Source: Candidatus Fermentibacterota bacterium
GTDB taxonomy: Bacteria > JAFGKV01
Length of the DNA: 33,741 nucleotides
Assembly: GCA_016928395.1 (NCBI GenBank)
Contig: JAFGKV010000263.1
Location: 1 to 33,741 of the forward strand
Reading direction: 5' to 3'
The position numbers were made by a program, and so were the translations under genes. The notes beneath the pieces are model-generated. The model searched no databases. It was not told the DNA's origin and saw only the letters and a program-made list of their open reading frames with translations. Below are positions 1 through 9,063 of the stretch, piece by piece; the stretch's first letter is position 1, and each line of letters starts with the position of its first letter.

Positions 1-108
1 GACGGGACCTCCCAAGCCATATTGGGGGGTCCGGCTTATTCTCTTGTGTGTTGTGTGCCTGCCGCCCCCCGGGAGGCCTGTACCTCGTGCTGCGTGGAGA
101 ACCTGCCC

Positions 109-3100
109 ATGCCCTTCTCATGTCTTCTCGCTCTTCTGGCGGTGATGTCATCACTGACACCATCCGACGACCGATGGATCAGTTTCAATAATGACCCTGC
201 CGATCTCTCGCCGATCGGCGTGCTCGCCGCCCGCCGTGACGGTGTGGAGCTTGAGATACGCCTCGCCGGCATGAACAGTGAAGACAGGCCGGCCATGGGG
301 ACACTGTATCAGCGGCTGTCGCTGCCCTCAGGTGGGAGAACCGCCGACCTGGGCCATCCGGAGCTTCCCTGCTACGCCCGCTTACTCGCGATTCCCCACG
401 GGGCCGCCATGGAGGTTCGATTCACCCCGGTGGACAGCCTGGAGCTTTCCGGGTTCACCGTGTGGCCAGCCCAGACCCCGCCCACGGATGCCGGCGATGA
501 ACCACCGTTCGTCAAGGATGAGGCCTTCTACCGAAGCGACGCGCTGTTCCCTGCGACGAACGTGATGCTCACCGATGCAGGCACCATCCGCGGATACCGG
601 GTTGCCCTGCTCAGGGTGTTCCCCGTGCGGTACGACCCCAAGGGTTCCACGCTTCTGATCTACACCAAGGCCCGCGTTGAGGTCGATTTCACCGGGGGCA
701 CCGGCGTGTTCGTAGAGCCACGGCTGCGCTCCCGGTTTTTCGAATCCCTGCTCTGCCAGACGCTGCTCAACTACGACGCCCTCGGGGATTTCCATCCCCT
801 GCCCCGGGTCCGCGAGGGAGAGGGGGAATTCCTCATCATCGCTGCCGACGCGTTGGTGAACGCCGTCGCGCCTCTCGCCCAATGGAGGACTGCTGCAGGA
901 TTGCCGACGGTGGTGGTGAGCCGAAGCACTGCGGGGTTAACGGCCGAAGGCATCGGTCAATACATCCAGAACGCCTATGATCAATGGGAGACCCCGCCCA
1001 GCTTCGTGCTGCTGGTTGGGGACGCAGAATATCTTCCCACGAACTACCGGTACATGCACCCCTGGCAGCTCAACATGACGGCGGCTGATCTGTGGTACTT
1101 CACTGTGGACGGGACAGACTTCTTCGCCGATATCCACTACGGCCGCGTTTCGGTAGACAACACGTCGCAACTCAACCAGATCCTGACCAAGTTGTCGTCC
1201 TATGAGAAGACTCCGCAGGCCGGCCCGTGGAACAACCACGTCTTCCTGGCATCCTACCAGGAAGTCGGCATGTACTTCACCATCACGTCAGAGCAGATCT
1301 ACACCTATCTGAACTCCATCGGGTACGACGTCGATCGGGCCTACGAAGGCGGCTTTCCCCCGGGGACGACGCAGGATGTCATCGACAACTTCAACCAGGG
1401 GTGTTTCCTGGTAAACCACCGCGACCACGGCGGCAGGGAGAACTGGGTGCACCCCAGCTTCTGGATTTCTGACTTCCCGCAGGTGAACAATGGGCAAATG
1501 ATGCCGATGGTGTTCAGCATCAACTGTCTCTCGGGCTACTTCGACGCAGAGACCGACGACACCCAGGGCACCTTCGAATCGTTCTCGGAGGGACTCCTCC
1601 GCAAGTCGCCGGGCGGCGCCATCGGCGTGCTTTCGTCATCCCGAACCAGCTATAGCGGGTACAATGACGAACTGAACAAAGGCCTGATCGACGCGGTGTG
1701 GCCCGGCTTCGACACCGGATACCCCGGGTCGACCCAGAATCCGTGGGAGAGCCCGACATTCCGGCCTGGGGCCATGCTCAACTACGCCAAGTGGTTTATG
1801 TATGACAAATACGTACTCACCGGCGGCAGCGGCTACCCGTGGTCACCGACGACCCAGCAGACCCGGCTTCAGATGGAGATGTATCACTGCCACGGCGACC
1901 CGACTCTAGACATTCACACCGCCCAGCCTTCAGCCATGGTCGTGTCCCACGATGCCACCGTGCCCCTGGATACCGCCTCCTTTGATGTCATGGTCGATGT
2001 TGACGGGGCGCTGGCAGCACTCAGTCAGGACGGGAGCCTTGTCGGGCGGGCCTATGCGAACGCAGGGGTCGCCCACGTGGTCTTTGACCAGCTCCCGGCC
2101 CAGGGAACCGTGGACATAGTGGTGACCGCCCACAATCACATCCCGCACGAATCGGAGATTGTCGTGGTAGCGGCCAGCGGATGGTACGTGACCCTCTCGG
2201 AGGTGGCCGCGGCGGACATCGCGGGGTACGTCGATGGCGTGATCGACCAGGGCGACTCAGTGGCGCTTGCGCCCACCGTGCAGAATGTCGGCACCATGGG
2301 TGCGCCGGCGGCGTGGGGAAGACTGGTGACCTCCGATGAGAATGTGACTATCACGGTCGACTCGCTATGGTTCGGTGACATCCCCGCGGGAGGAACGTCG
2401 TCCGGTGGTGGGCCCGTCTACCTCAAGATCCATGGCGGGCTCTCAGACGGAACCCTCGTACCGCTGGCACTGGAGATCACCTCCGGAGACAGCCTGTGGA
2501 CACGGCCATTCTCTCTGGCGGTGCACGCCCCTCTCTTGCACGTGACCCAAGTGCTCGTGGACGATGCCTTGGGAAACGGCAATGGCTACGCCGAGCCAGG
2601 TGAAGAGGTGAGGCTGTGGGTCACTCTGGCCAATGGAGGCAGCGGAACTGCCGGGATGCCCCAGGCATCGCTGTCCTGCGAGAGCAGCGCGGTCACCATT
2701 CAAAGCGGGGAGGCCGGCTATCCCGACATTCATCCCGCTGAAACCACACCGTCCCTGTCGCCGTTTCAGGTCGCACTGAGTCCGTCGTGCCTGGAGGGTA
2801 CCATCACTTTCGAGGAGACGGTGACGTCCCACGGTCCGATTCAGTGTGTACTTCCCTTTGGGCTGATCATCGGAACGGTTCCGGTGCTGGTGGTGGATGT
2901 TGACGACGAACAGACGGAACAACGTCTTCTTGATGCCATGGATCAGCTTGAGTACCAGTATCGCGTGTGGCGAACCTATGTGCAGGGCACCGTGCCCGCC
3001 GATACGCTCTCACTGTACCGGGCCGTGGTATGGACCGGGGGCGACAACAACATTTCCTCTGCGTCGCCCGCGGATCAAGCGAACCTGGCCCAATACCTCT

Positions 3101-3831
3101 CGAACGGTGGAGCCCTGCTCTTTTCCGCTGAGAACTACTTGACCTCATACGGCGACTCCTCGTTCACCGCCAACTTCCTCCATGTGGAGAACTTCGCGAC
3201 TGGCTACGATGCTAACTGGATAGACGGTGTTGCCGGCGATCCCGTTGCCGATGGATTCTCCACGGGCCTCGCGTATCCGGAGGGGCTGTCGAACACGCCG
3301 GACGAACTGACCCCCGATCCCGAGGCGGCAGCCATGCTGACGGCCCAACCGTTCGATCGGGCCGTGGCGATCAGGTATCCGGCCACCGGGCAGGGTGGCT
3401 ACCGCGTCATCTTCATGGCGGTACCATTCGAAGCCCTCGACCCGGGGACGGCGCCGCCCGACGATCCCGCGACCTTCCTTGACTGCGCGCTGGCATGGCT
3501 TATGGATAGTGTCGATCTCATACCACCCCACGCGGTCACCGACCTTTCCTTGGCACCGGGGAGCGATCTTTCGTTACTCCTCACGTGGCAGCCAGCGTGG
3601 GATAATGTCGGGGTGCATCACTACGCCGTACACCGGGAAACGGCCGCCTACTTCCAGCCCGCACCAGGAACCCTTCTGGCCAAGACACCGCTCACCGCGT
3701 GGATTGATCCGACTGGTGCCGGCGATCCCACGACTGATCACTTCTATGTCGTCCTGGCAGTGGATGCTGCCGGCAACCAGTCAGCCCCCTCCAATTGCGT
3801 CGGCGAGAGAGAGACACCCGTGGAGCCATGA
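109..3831 (+). CDS. Secreted gingipain-like C25 cysteine peptidase (propeptide, catalytic domain, Ig/CARDB-like repeats, C-terminal FN3-like module)
   Basis: GGAGA at 96-100 precedes ATG 109, followed by a hydrophobic signal (MPFSCLLALLAVMSS). Propeptide-like GxPELP, FVLLVGD and DIHYGR motifs, catalytic His-Gly (NHRDHGG) and Cys (SINCLSG), and GDPTL at the end of the catalytic domain. Confidence 0.88.
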   Translation: MPFSCLLALLAVMSSLTPSDDRWISFNNDPADLSPIGVLAARRDGVELEIRLAGMNSEDRPAMGTLYQRLSLPSGGRTADLGHPELPCYARLLAIPHGAAMEVRFTPVDSLELSGFTVWPAQTPPTDAGDEPPFVKDEAFYRSDALFPATNVMLTDAGTIRGYRVALLRVFPVRYDPKGSTLLIYTKARVEVDFTGGTGVFVEPRLRSRFFESLLCQTLLNYDALGDFHPLPRVREGEGEFLIIAADALVNAVAPLAQWRTAAGLPTVVVSRSTAGLTAEGIGQYIQNAYDQWETPPSFVLLVGDAEYLPTNYRYMHPWQLNMTAADLWYFTVDGTDFFADIHYGRVSVDNTSQLNQILTKLSSYEKTPQAGPWNNHVFLASYQEVGMYFTITSEQIYTYLNSIGYDVDRAYEGGFPPGTTQDVIDNFNQGCFLVNHRDHGGRENWVHPSFWISDFPQVNNGQMMPMVFSINCLSGYFDAETDDTQGTFESFSEGLLRKSPGGAIGVLSSSRTSYSGYNDELNKGLIDAVWPGFDTGYPGSTQNPWESPTFRPGAMLNYAKWFMYDKYVLTGGSGYPWSPTTQQTRLQMEMYHCHGDPTLDIHTAQPSAMVVSHDATVPLDTASFDVMVDVDGALAALSQDGSLVGRAYANAGVAHVVFDQLPAQGTVDIVVTAHNHIPHESEIVVVAASGWYVTLSEVAAADIAGYVDGVIDQGDSVALAPTVQNVGTMGAPAAWGRLVTSDENVTITVDSLWFGDIPAGGTSSGGGPVYLKIHGGLSDGTLVPLALEITSGDSLWTRPFSLAVHAPLLHVTQVLVDDALGNGNGYAEPGEEVRLWVTLANGGSGTAGMPQASLSCESSAVTIQSGEAGYPDIHPAETTPSLSPFQVALSPSCLEGTITFEETVTSHGPIQCVLPFGLIIGTVPVLVVDVDDEQTEQRLLDAMDQLEYQYRVWRTYVQGTVPADTLSLYRAVVWTGGDNNISSASPADQANLAQYLSNGGALLFSAENYLTSYGDSSFTANFLHVENFATGYDANWIDGVAGDPVADGFSTGLAYPEGLSNTPDELTPDPEAAAMLTAQPFDRAVAIRYPATGQGGYRVIFMAVPFEALDPGTAPPDDPATFLDCALAWLMDSVDLIPPHAVTDLSLAPGSDLSLLLTWQPAWDNVGVHHYAVHRETAAYFQPAPGTLLAKTPLTAWIDPTGAGDPTTDHFYVVLAVDAAGNQSAPSNCVGERETPVEP

Positions 3832-4000
3832 GATGGATGAGGTGGGCGGATTCTTCTGGTGCGCCCAGGTTTCGTCGATCCCACGGTGCGTCGCCGCAGA
3901 TGTGGCGCCCTGTTCGCATCGTTCACCCTGATCATGGCACAGGCGAAGCCTCAATCTCAGCTCCGCCTAGCGCCGCGTGTCGTAAGGGGGAAACCCTCGC

Positions 4001-4333
4001 CTACAGAACGAAACGGTAGTTGTTCGGTCCCTTGGTGACCTCCACCGGCTGCTCCACCGGCCCGCGACCGGGATCGGTGCCCCACGCCATCCCAAGACCC
4101 TTCGCCTCGGGGAGCCCGGTAATCAGATAGCCGCCGTCGCGGCCCGTAACCGCCGTGACCTGTATGAACCGGCCATAACTGGTGACAAGCCAGAACTCAA
4201 CCCGCGCCTTGTGAACCGGCTCACCCTTCTCATCCATGACGCGGCCGCCTATCGACTGCGGGGAAGAGCGTTGGGCCTCAGCCCCTACGAAGAGCATCGA
4301 GATCATCGTCACTACCATGAGTGTCCGTATCAT
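4001..4333 (-). CDS. Small secreted protein with a carboxypeptidase-regulatory-like (Cna-B type) beta-sandwich
   Basis: GGAGGA RBS (4341-4346) before ATG 4333. Signal peptide MIRTLMVVTMISMLFVGAEA. Pattern IGGRVMDEKGEPV..ARV...TGRDGGYLITGLP. Confidence 0.7.
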   Translation of the reverse strand: MIRTLMVVTMISMLFVGAEAQRSSPQSIGGRVMDEKGEPVHKARVEFWLVTSYGRFIQVTAVTGRDGGYLITGLPEAKGLGMAWGTDPGRGPVEQPVEVTKGPNNYRFVL

Positions 4334-4604
4334 TGCAGAATCCTCCGTCTCATTGGGTTCTGATGGTCGACCGTGGCGGTCGATTTGCTGTCTCGCTCCT
4401 ATGCTATGCAGCTTCGGTGCCGAGACACCAGACGCCAGGGGTAGGGCGGGGTACAGGGCGCCGGGCACTGCCTGGAAACTCTCGATTGCCCAATGATCAC
4501 CGAAAGTGAGGCCTTTGAGCGTGCGGGTACGCCCATGCACCGCATGAGCTTCGTTTCGAGGTTCCCGCCAACTGCAGGCGTTGGCTGCACACCGCGCCTG
4601 GTGT

Positions 4605-4668
4605 TATATAGGACTTGTCCTATATATGCGGTGTCCTATATATCGAGTGGCCTATGCATCGGCCACTC
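4605..4668. repeat. AT-rich palindrome, direct repeat and hairpin cluster
   Basis: TATATAGGAC-TT-GTCCTATATA (4605-4626). TGTCCTATATAT occurs at 4616 and 4632. GAGTGGCC-N8-GGCCACTC (4645-4668). Confidence 0.8.
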
Positions 4669-4748
4669 CGGGACCGCGGCCCGACACTGGGCCGGCTCCG
4701 CTGTCCTTCAGGACGGGCGCCCGGCCCATCCGGCCGGGGCATTGGTCA

Positions 4749-5879
4749 TCAGGAGAGACGCTTGGTGTAGACGCGGGAACGGCGGTGAAGCCGTTTCTCG
4801 TACAGCTTCCACTGGGCCTGGATCTTGGCGTTCTCCTCAATCTCGCGGTTGCTCTCCGCGTGGGTCATGCCGCGGGCCAGGGCGCTCTTGCCCATTTCGT
4901 AGGCCAGCATCAGGTCGATGCCTCGGTTGCGGTACTCCGGCAGGACGCCGGCCAGGTAGAAATCGAGCACCGTGCTGGTCTTCATGGCCCGCAGAATATG
5001 AAGAAAACCTAGGGGGAAGAGCCGCCCACGGGCCTTCTGGAATGCCCTTGAGAGGTTGGGCATGGCGACGACGAATCCTACCAGCCGGTCATCGTGCACC
5101 GCCAGCTTGATGAACTCAGGATCCACATGACCAAGGTATCCGTCGACGTAGAACTCTATCTGCCGCTCGGTGAGCTCGGTGGTGCCGTAGAGATGGGCAT
5201 ACGTCCGATTGAGTACCTGGAAGAGCTGGGGGCCCCATTGGGCAACCAGTTCCTTGCGGCTCCTCTCGCTGAATACCCGCACCCCGCTACGCTTGGCCAG
5301 CACCTCCGCGAGACGGGAGACCTTCTCGGGGAGCTGGGCGGGCACTGTGGTGCGATACTCCACGTACTCGATCTCCTTCACGTAGCCCAGGGCGGTGATG
5401 AAGTCGTTGTAGTAGGGCGGATTGTAGCTCCCGGCGATGGTGGGCAGCTCCCCGAACCCCTCTACCAAGAAACCGGTGGGGTCAAAATCAGTGAAGCCCA
5501 ATGGCCCGCTTATCTCCTCCATGCCCCGTTCAGCAACCCATGCCTCAGCGGCGGCGATCAGAGCAGATGCCGTGCCTTCATCCCGCTCGCATTCAAACCA
5601 TCCGAACCTTCCGCATCTGCGGTTCCATCGCTGGATGAACGGGTGGGAGACCAATGCCGCGACCCGGCCCACCACCGCATCCCCGCGGCGGGCGAGGAAG
5701 AGTTGCGCGTCGGTGTGTTCAAAGGCCGGGTTGCGGCCCGGATCGAACTGCCGCCTCTCGTCCGCCCGTAACGGCGGGATCCAGGTGGGATCTGCCCGGT
5801 AGAACCAGTACGGGAACTCGACGAACCGGGAGAGATCCCGAGGCAAGAGCACCGGCGTGACCCGTAAGGCGGAACGCAT
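4749..5879 (-). CDS. GNAT-fold YghO/bacterial ceramide synthase (bCerS)-like N-acyltransferase, paralog 1
   Basis: AAGGAG RBS before ATG. Motifs WIPPL, NPAFEH, VVGRVAA, GRFGWFEC, GPLGFTDFDPTGFLVEGF, YNPPYY, GRLFPLGF, GVLPEYRNRG. Confidence 0.75.
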   Translation of the reverse strand: MRSALRVTPVLLPRDLSRFVEFPYWFYRADPTWIPPLRADERRQFDPGRNPAFEHTDAQLFLARRGDAVVGRVAALVSHPFIQRWNRRCGRFGWFECERDEGTASALIAAAEAWVAERGMEEISGPLGFTDFDPTGFLVEGFGELPTIAGSYNPPYYNDFITALGYVKEIEYVEYRTTVPAQLPEKVSRLAEVLAKRSGVRVFSERSRKELVAQWGPQLFQVLNRTYAHLYGTTELTERQIEFYVDGYLGHVDPEFIKLAVHDDRLVGFVVAMPNLSRAFQKARGRLFPLGFLHILRAMKTSTVLDFYLAGVLPEYRNRGIDLMLAYEMGKSALARGMTHAESNREIEENAKIQAQWKLYEKRLHRRSRVYTKRLS

Positions 5880-6377
5880 ACCATCTCCTTGGCCATAGCC
5901 CAGCGGCCGTCATGTGAGGCGTCAGGGGTGTGGCGATCGGTGCGAGACTGCATGCAAGTTCAGTCTGCACCCCTCTGCTGTCGAGTATGTTCTTGCGCCT
6001 GGGGCCGACCACTCGTGAGAGGCGACTCGGGTCTTCTGCGCCCGCGAACGTGGACGCAGTGTCGATAGCAGTAGTGGTGTCAGTAGCGAAGACCCCGGCC
6101 ACCCACGACACGGGTGGCGAAACGGTGAGAGGAGAAGTGAAGGAAAGTCAAAGGTGGAAAACATGGTCGACTGCCGGACACCTCTGCCGCGAATTCCAGC
6201 TACAGTCCGGGGCTCACGACCGGCTGGATGAATAGCGGACTCTCCGCACTGCCTAAGCCCAGTCAGCTACCTCCGGCAAAGCCAAAAGCGTGCCGGTCGC
6301 GGGTCTCTCGGAGTGGCTTGTTCGCGACCGTGTGGACACACCACGTTCCCCCTGTTCACCTCACACTGCCCTACCGT

Positions 6378-6404
6378 GTCATTCCCACGGACGCGGGAAT
6401 CCAG
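6378..6404. repeat. REP/dRS3-like palindrome GTCATTCCC-N8-GGGAATCCAG
   Basis: ATTCCC (6381-6386), 8-nt spacer, GGGAAT (6395-6400), with GTC and CCAG flanks typical of this repeat family. Confidence 0.6.
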
Positions 6405-6520
6405 TCTTCTTCACTCGATTCCGGGTGGCGTTCCCCTGCCCACAAGGTCAGAGCTGTACTCCCGGATCTCTCAAAGTCCGCGCGTCCCCCGGCAAGACCG
6501 GGGGCGTACCTCTCTTACGA

Positions 6521-7666
6521 TTACGGTTCGGCCAGTTCGACCAGCGCCAGGAATTGCTTTCCCGCCAGTTGCTTGACGACTCCTTTGAGCTCCAGGTGTA
6601 GCAGCTGGGCCAGCAGCGTGCCCGAGGGCTGGCCTGTTCTGGCGCACAACGTGTCGATATGCACGGGATCAGTCCCCATCTGACGAAGAAGCGTCTCCTC
6701 GTCGGCGGCAAGGTCCGGGGCCGCGGCCCGAGAGACCTGTGACCCTCGAGTCGGAAGGGGCTCCCCCAAAGCGGCCAGAATGTCGTCGATGTCTTCGACC
6801 AACGCGGCGCCCTGCTTGATCAAGGCATGCGGCCCCTTGCTGGTGCGGGCATGGATGGGGCCCGGCACGGCCATGACCTCCTTGCCCTGCTCTAGGGCAT
6901 GCTGCGCCGTGATGAGCGCACCGCTGGTCTCCCGGGCCTGCACCACGATGACCCCCATGGAGAGGGCCGCGATGATCCGGTTTCTTCGGGGAAAGTGCTT
7001 GGGGTTCGGCGAGGTCCCCGGCGGGAACTCGCTGACCACGACGCCATGATCCACGATCTCCTGCATGAGTGTGCGATTCTCGGGAGGGTAGGCAATATCG
7101 GGACCGTTACCCAAGACCGCCACGGTGCGGCCGCCGGCATCCAGCGCGGCGCGGTGGGCGAAGCTGTCCACCCCCCTGGCCAGTCCGCTCACCACTGCCA
7201 GGCCCTCGGCGGCCGCGGCGTGGGCAAGGTCGTAGGCCACGGTCTTTCCGTATTCCGTGGCTGCCCGGGAACCGACCACGGCCACCGCCCGGGCATCGGA
7301 GGGGAGAAAGGCGCCTCTCGTGTAGAGCAAGACCGGAGGGCTGGGGATGTTCCGAAGGGCGAGCGGATAGTCGCTATTCCAGAGCGAGTACAGCCGGAAG
7401 TCGCCGCTACGGAGCGCGTCCACCTGCTTGGCGGTGCGCACGTCTTGAGCTGCGCGCATGGCCCGGGCAATCCGCGCCTCCTCACACCCCAGAATGGAGG
7501 CGATTGCCCGGGGAGAGGCAGCGACCACCTCCCGGGGGTCTCCCAAACGCTGGACGAGCACTGCGATCTTCTGATCGCCCACGCCCTCCAAACTCGAAAG
7601 GAAGAGCCATGCCTCCAACTCGGCGGGATCTATCCCTGCGGTGGGTTTGCTTTCGCCCTTTTCCAT
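6521..7666 (-). CDS. dprA: DNA-processing protein DprA
   Basis: YPLALRNIPSPPVLLY, AVVGSR, VVSGLARGVDSFAH, FPRRNRIIAALS, SGALITA, GPHALIKQGA and a C-terminal winged helix (LLHLELKGVV). ATG 7666 chosen as start; 7717 is an alternative. Confidence 0.95.
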   Translation of the reverse strand: MEKGESKPTAGIDPAELEAWLFLSSLEGVGDQKIAVLVQRLGDPREVVAASPRAIASILGCEEARIARAMRAAQDVRTAKQVDALRSGDFRLYSLWNSDYPLALRNIPSPPVLLYTRGAFLPSDARAVAVVGSRAATEYGKTVAYDLAHAAAAEGLAVVSGLARGVDSFAHRAALDAGGRTVAVLGNGPDIAYPPENRTLMQEIVDHGVVVSEFPPGTSPNPKHFPRRNRIIAALSMGVIVVQARETSGALITAQHALEQGKEVMAVPGPIHARTSKGPHALIKQGAALVEDIDDILAALGEPLPTRGSQVSRAAAPDLAADEETLLRQMGTDPVHIDTLCARTGQPSGTLLAQLLHLELKGVVKQLAGKQFLALVELAEP

Positions 7667-8613
7667 CTCTCTGCCATGAGACTCAGGAAGCCTTGCGCGT
7701 CCTCGGCGGCGGTCCATCCCGGAAGCTGATCATGGGCCGGGATCTCGGGTAGCGGCACTCTGGTCGGGCACGCCACCCACGGAATCGACGCCAAACCCTT
7801 GTCATAGCGTTCGAGCTCGGCACGAACCATCCGGATCTCACCGGCGGCATCTTCGCCCCCCTGCACGACCACCACCAGCAGGGCAGCTCGCTCGGCGTGG
7901 ACGAGGAAGCTGTTGCCCAGCCCCTTGCCCTCCCAGGAGCCTTCAACCAGAGCCGGCAGTTCGGCCAGCACCACGGGTTCAAAGGTCTCGGTAAGCACCG
8001 CACCCAGCACGGGGGTCGTGGTGGTGAAAGGCCATTCCTCGATACGGGGCCGGGCTCGGGTGAGGGTGGCCAGGAGGCTGGACCGGCCCCCATTGGGCGG
8101 GCCGACGAAGGCGATATCCACCAAGAGGGCCAGCCGAAGGACAATGCAGCGCTCTTCTCCGGGCTGCCCGGCATGCCCCTCTCGGGGCGTCCGATGCGTC
8201 GGCGTCGCCAGCCTGGCCGTGCCTGCGCCTCCCCGTCCTCCGCGGACGGCCACGACACTCTGATCATGTTCCACCAAGTCGGCAAGCACGATCCCCGCAG
8301 GGTCCAGCACCATCGTGCCCAAGGGCACCTCGATATGCAGCGGCGGGCCGTCAGAACCGAACAGCCGATGGGAGCCGCCCGGCTTCCCTGGCCCCGCGGC
8401 GAAGAGCTTCCTGCCTCCCAGGTGGCTCAAGTCATATCGCTGCTCATTGGCACGGATGATCACATCCCCTCCGCGGCCCCCGTCACCCCCATCTGGCCCC
8501 CCCTTGGGCACGTGGGGATCCCTGCGGAGGCTGGAGGAGCCGCCTCCCCCTGCGCCGGATCGCACGACTATCTCGATGCGATCCGTGAAAGCCGGAAAAG
8601 ATCTATGCCGCAC
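7630..8613 (-). CDS. Obg/CgtA-family protein with degenerate GTPase motifs
   Basis: Intact Gly-rich Obg fold (GGPDGGDGGRGGDV, VPLGT, GGRGG). The G domain reads GPPNGGRSS (G1), PFTT (G2), ELPA (G3) and has no NKxD. Confidence 0.85.
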   Translation of the reverse strand: MRHRSFPAFTDRIEIVVRSGAGGGGSSSLRRDPHVPKGGPDGGDGGRGGDVIIRANEQRYDLSHLGGRKLFAAGPGKPGGSHRLFGSDGPPLHIEVPLGTMVLDPAGIVLADLVEHDQSVVAVRGGRGGAGTARLATPTHRTPREGHAGQPGEERCIVLRLALLVDIAFVGPPNGGRSSLLATLTRARPRIEEWPFTTTTPVLGAVLTETFEPVVLAELPALVEGSWEGKGLGNSFLVHAERAALLVVVVQGGEDAAGEIRMVRAELERYDKGLASIPWVACPTRVPLPEIPAHDQLPGWTAAEDAQGFLSLMAERWKRAKANPPQG

Positions 8614-8619
8614 CCAGGC

Positions 8620-8934
8620 TCAATCCTTTGAGCTCGAGCTCTCTGGTGTGTTCGCCGCACATGCCGTCTCGCTCTTCGAGGGGCCGCTCTTCGAAGACTC
8701 AGTCTTTGAGATGCCCGTTCCGCTCTCTTCCTTGACCTTCTTCTTATAGTCCTCGCTCCGATGGTCGGTGGCGTAGAAACCCGAACCCTTGAATATCACG
8801 GCAGCCCCGGTACCCAGGAGGCGCTCCACGACGCCTGAGCACCGGGGACACTGGGTCAGGGCCGGCGCAGTGATGGGCTGGAATATCTCGAAAGTGTGCC
8901 CGCACGCCGTACAGCGGTACTCGTAGGTGGGCAT
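8620..8934 (-). CDS. FmdB-family zinc-ribbon protein
   Basis: MPTYEYRCTACGHTFE...CPRC...FKGSGFYATD signature with a Ser-rich tail. Confidence 0.92.
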   Translation of the reverse strand: MPTYEYRCTACGHTFEIFQPITAPALTQCPRCSGVVERLLGTGAAVIFKGSGFYATDHRSEDYKKKVKEESGTGISKTESSKSGPSKSETACAANTPESSSSKD

Positions 8935-9063
8935 GGGCTATGACCTCCCGGTTTCACACTGGGGTATCTGGGCAGGTGGAGAAAACGTGGCCCGGGATCC
9001 AAAGTACCGGAGCCCGGGCCAAAGAACTATGGCGAAAGGGTGCGCCAGGTCAATGCGGACGAA

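Noticed and set aside
22-108. N-terminal extension of the C25 ORF from TTG 22
   Set aside because: The RBS and signal peptide fit ATG 109, and the extension is not protein-like.
6240-6290. AAGCCCAGTCAGCTACCTCC resembles the 3' part of the c-di-AMP (ydaO) riboswitch
   Set aside because: The 5' consensus elements are not recognisable and the strand is opposite to the neighbouring genes.
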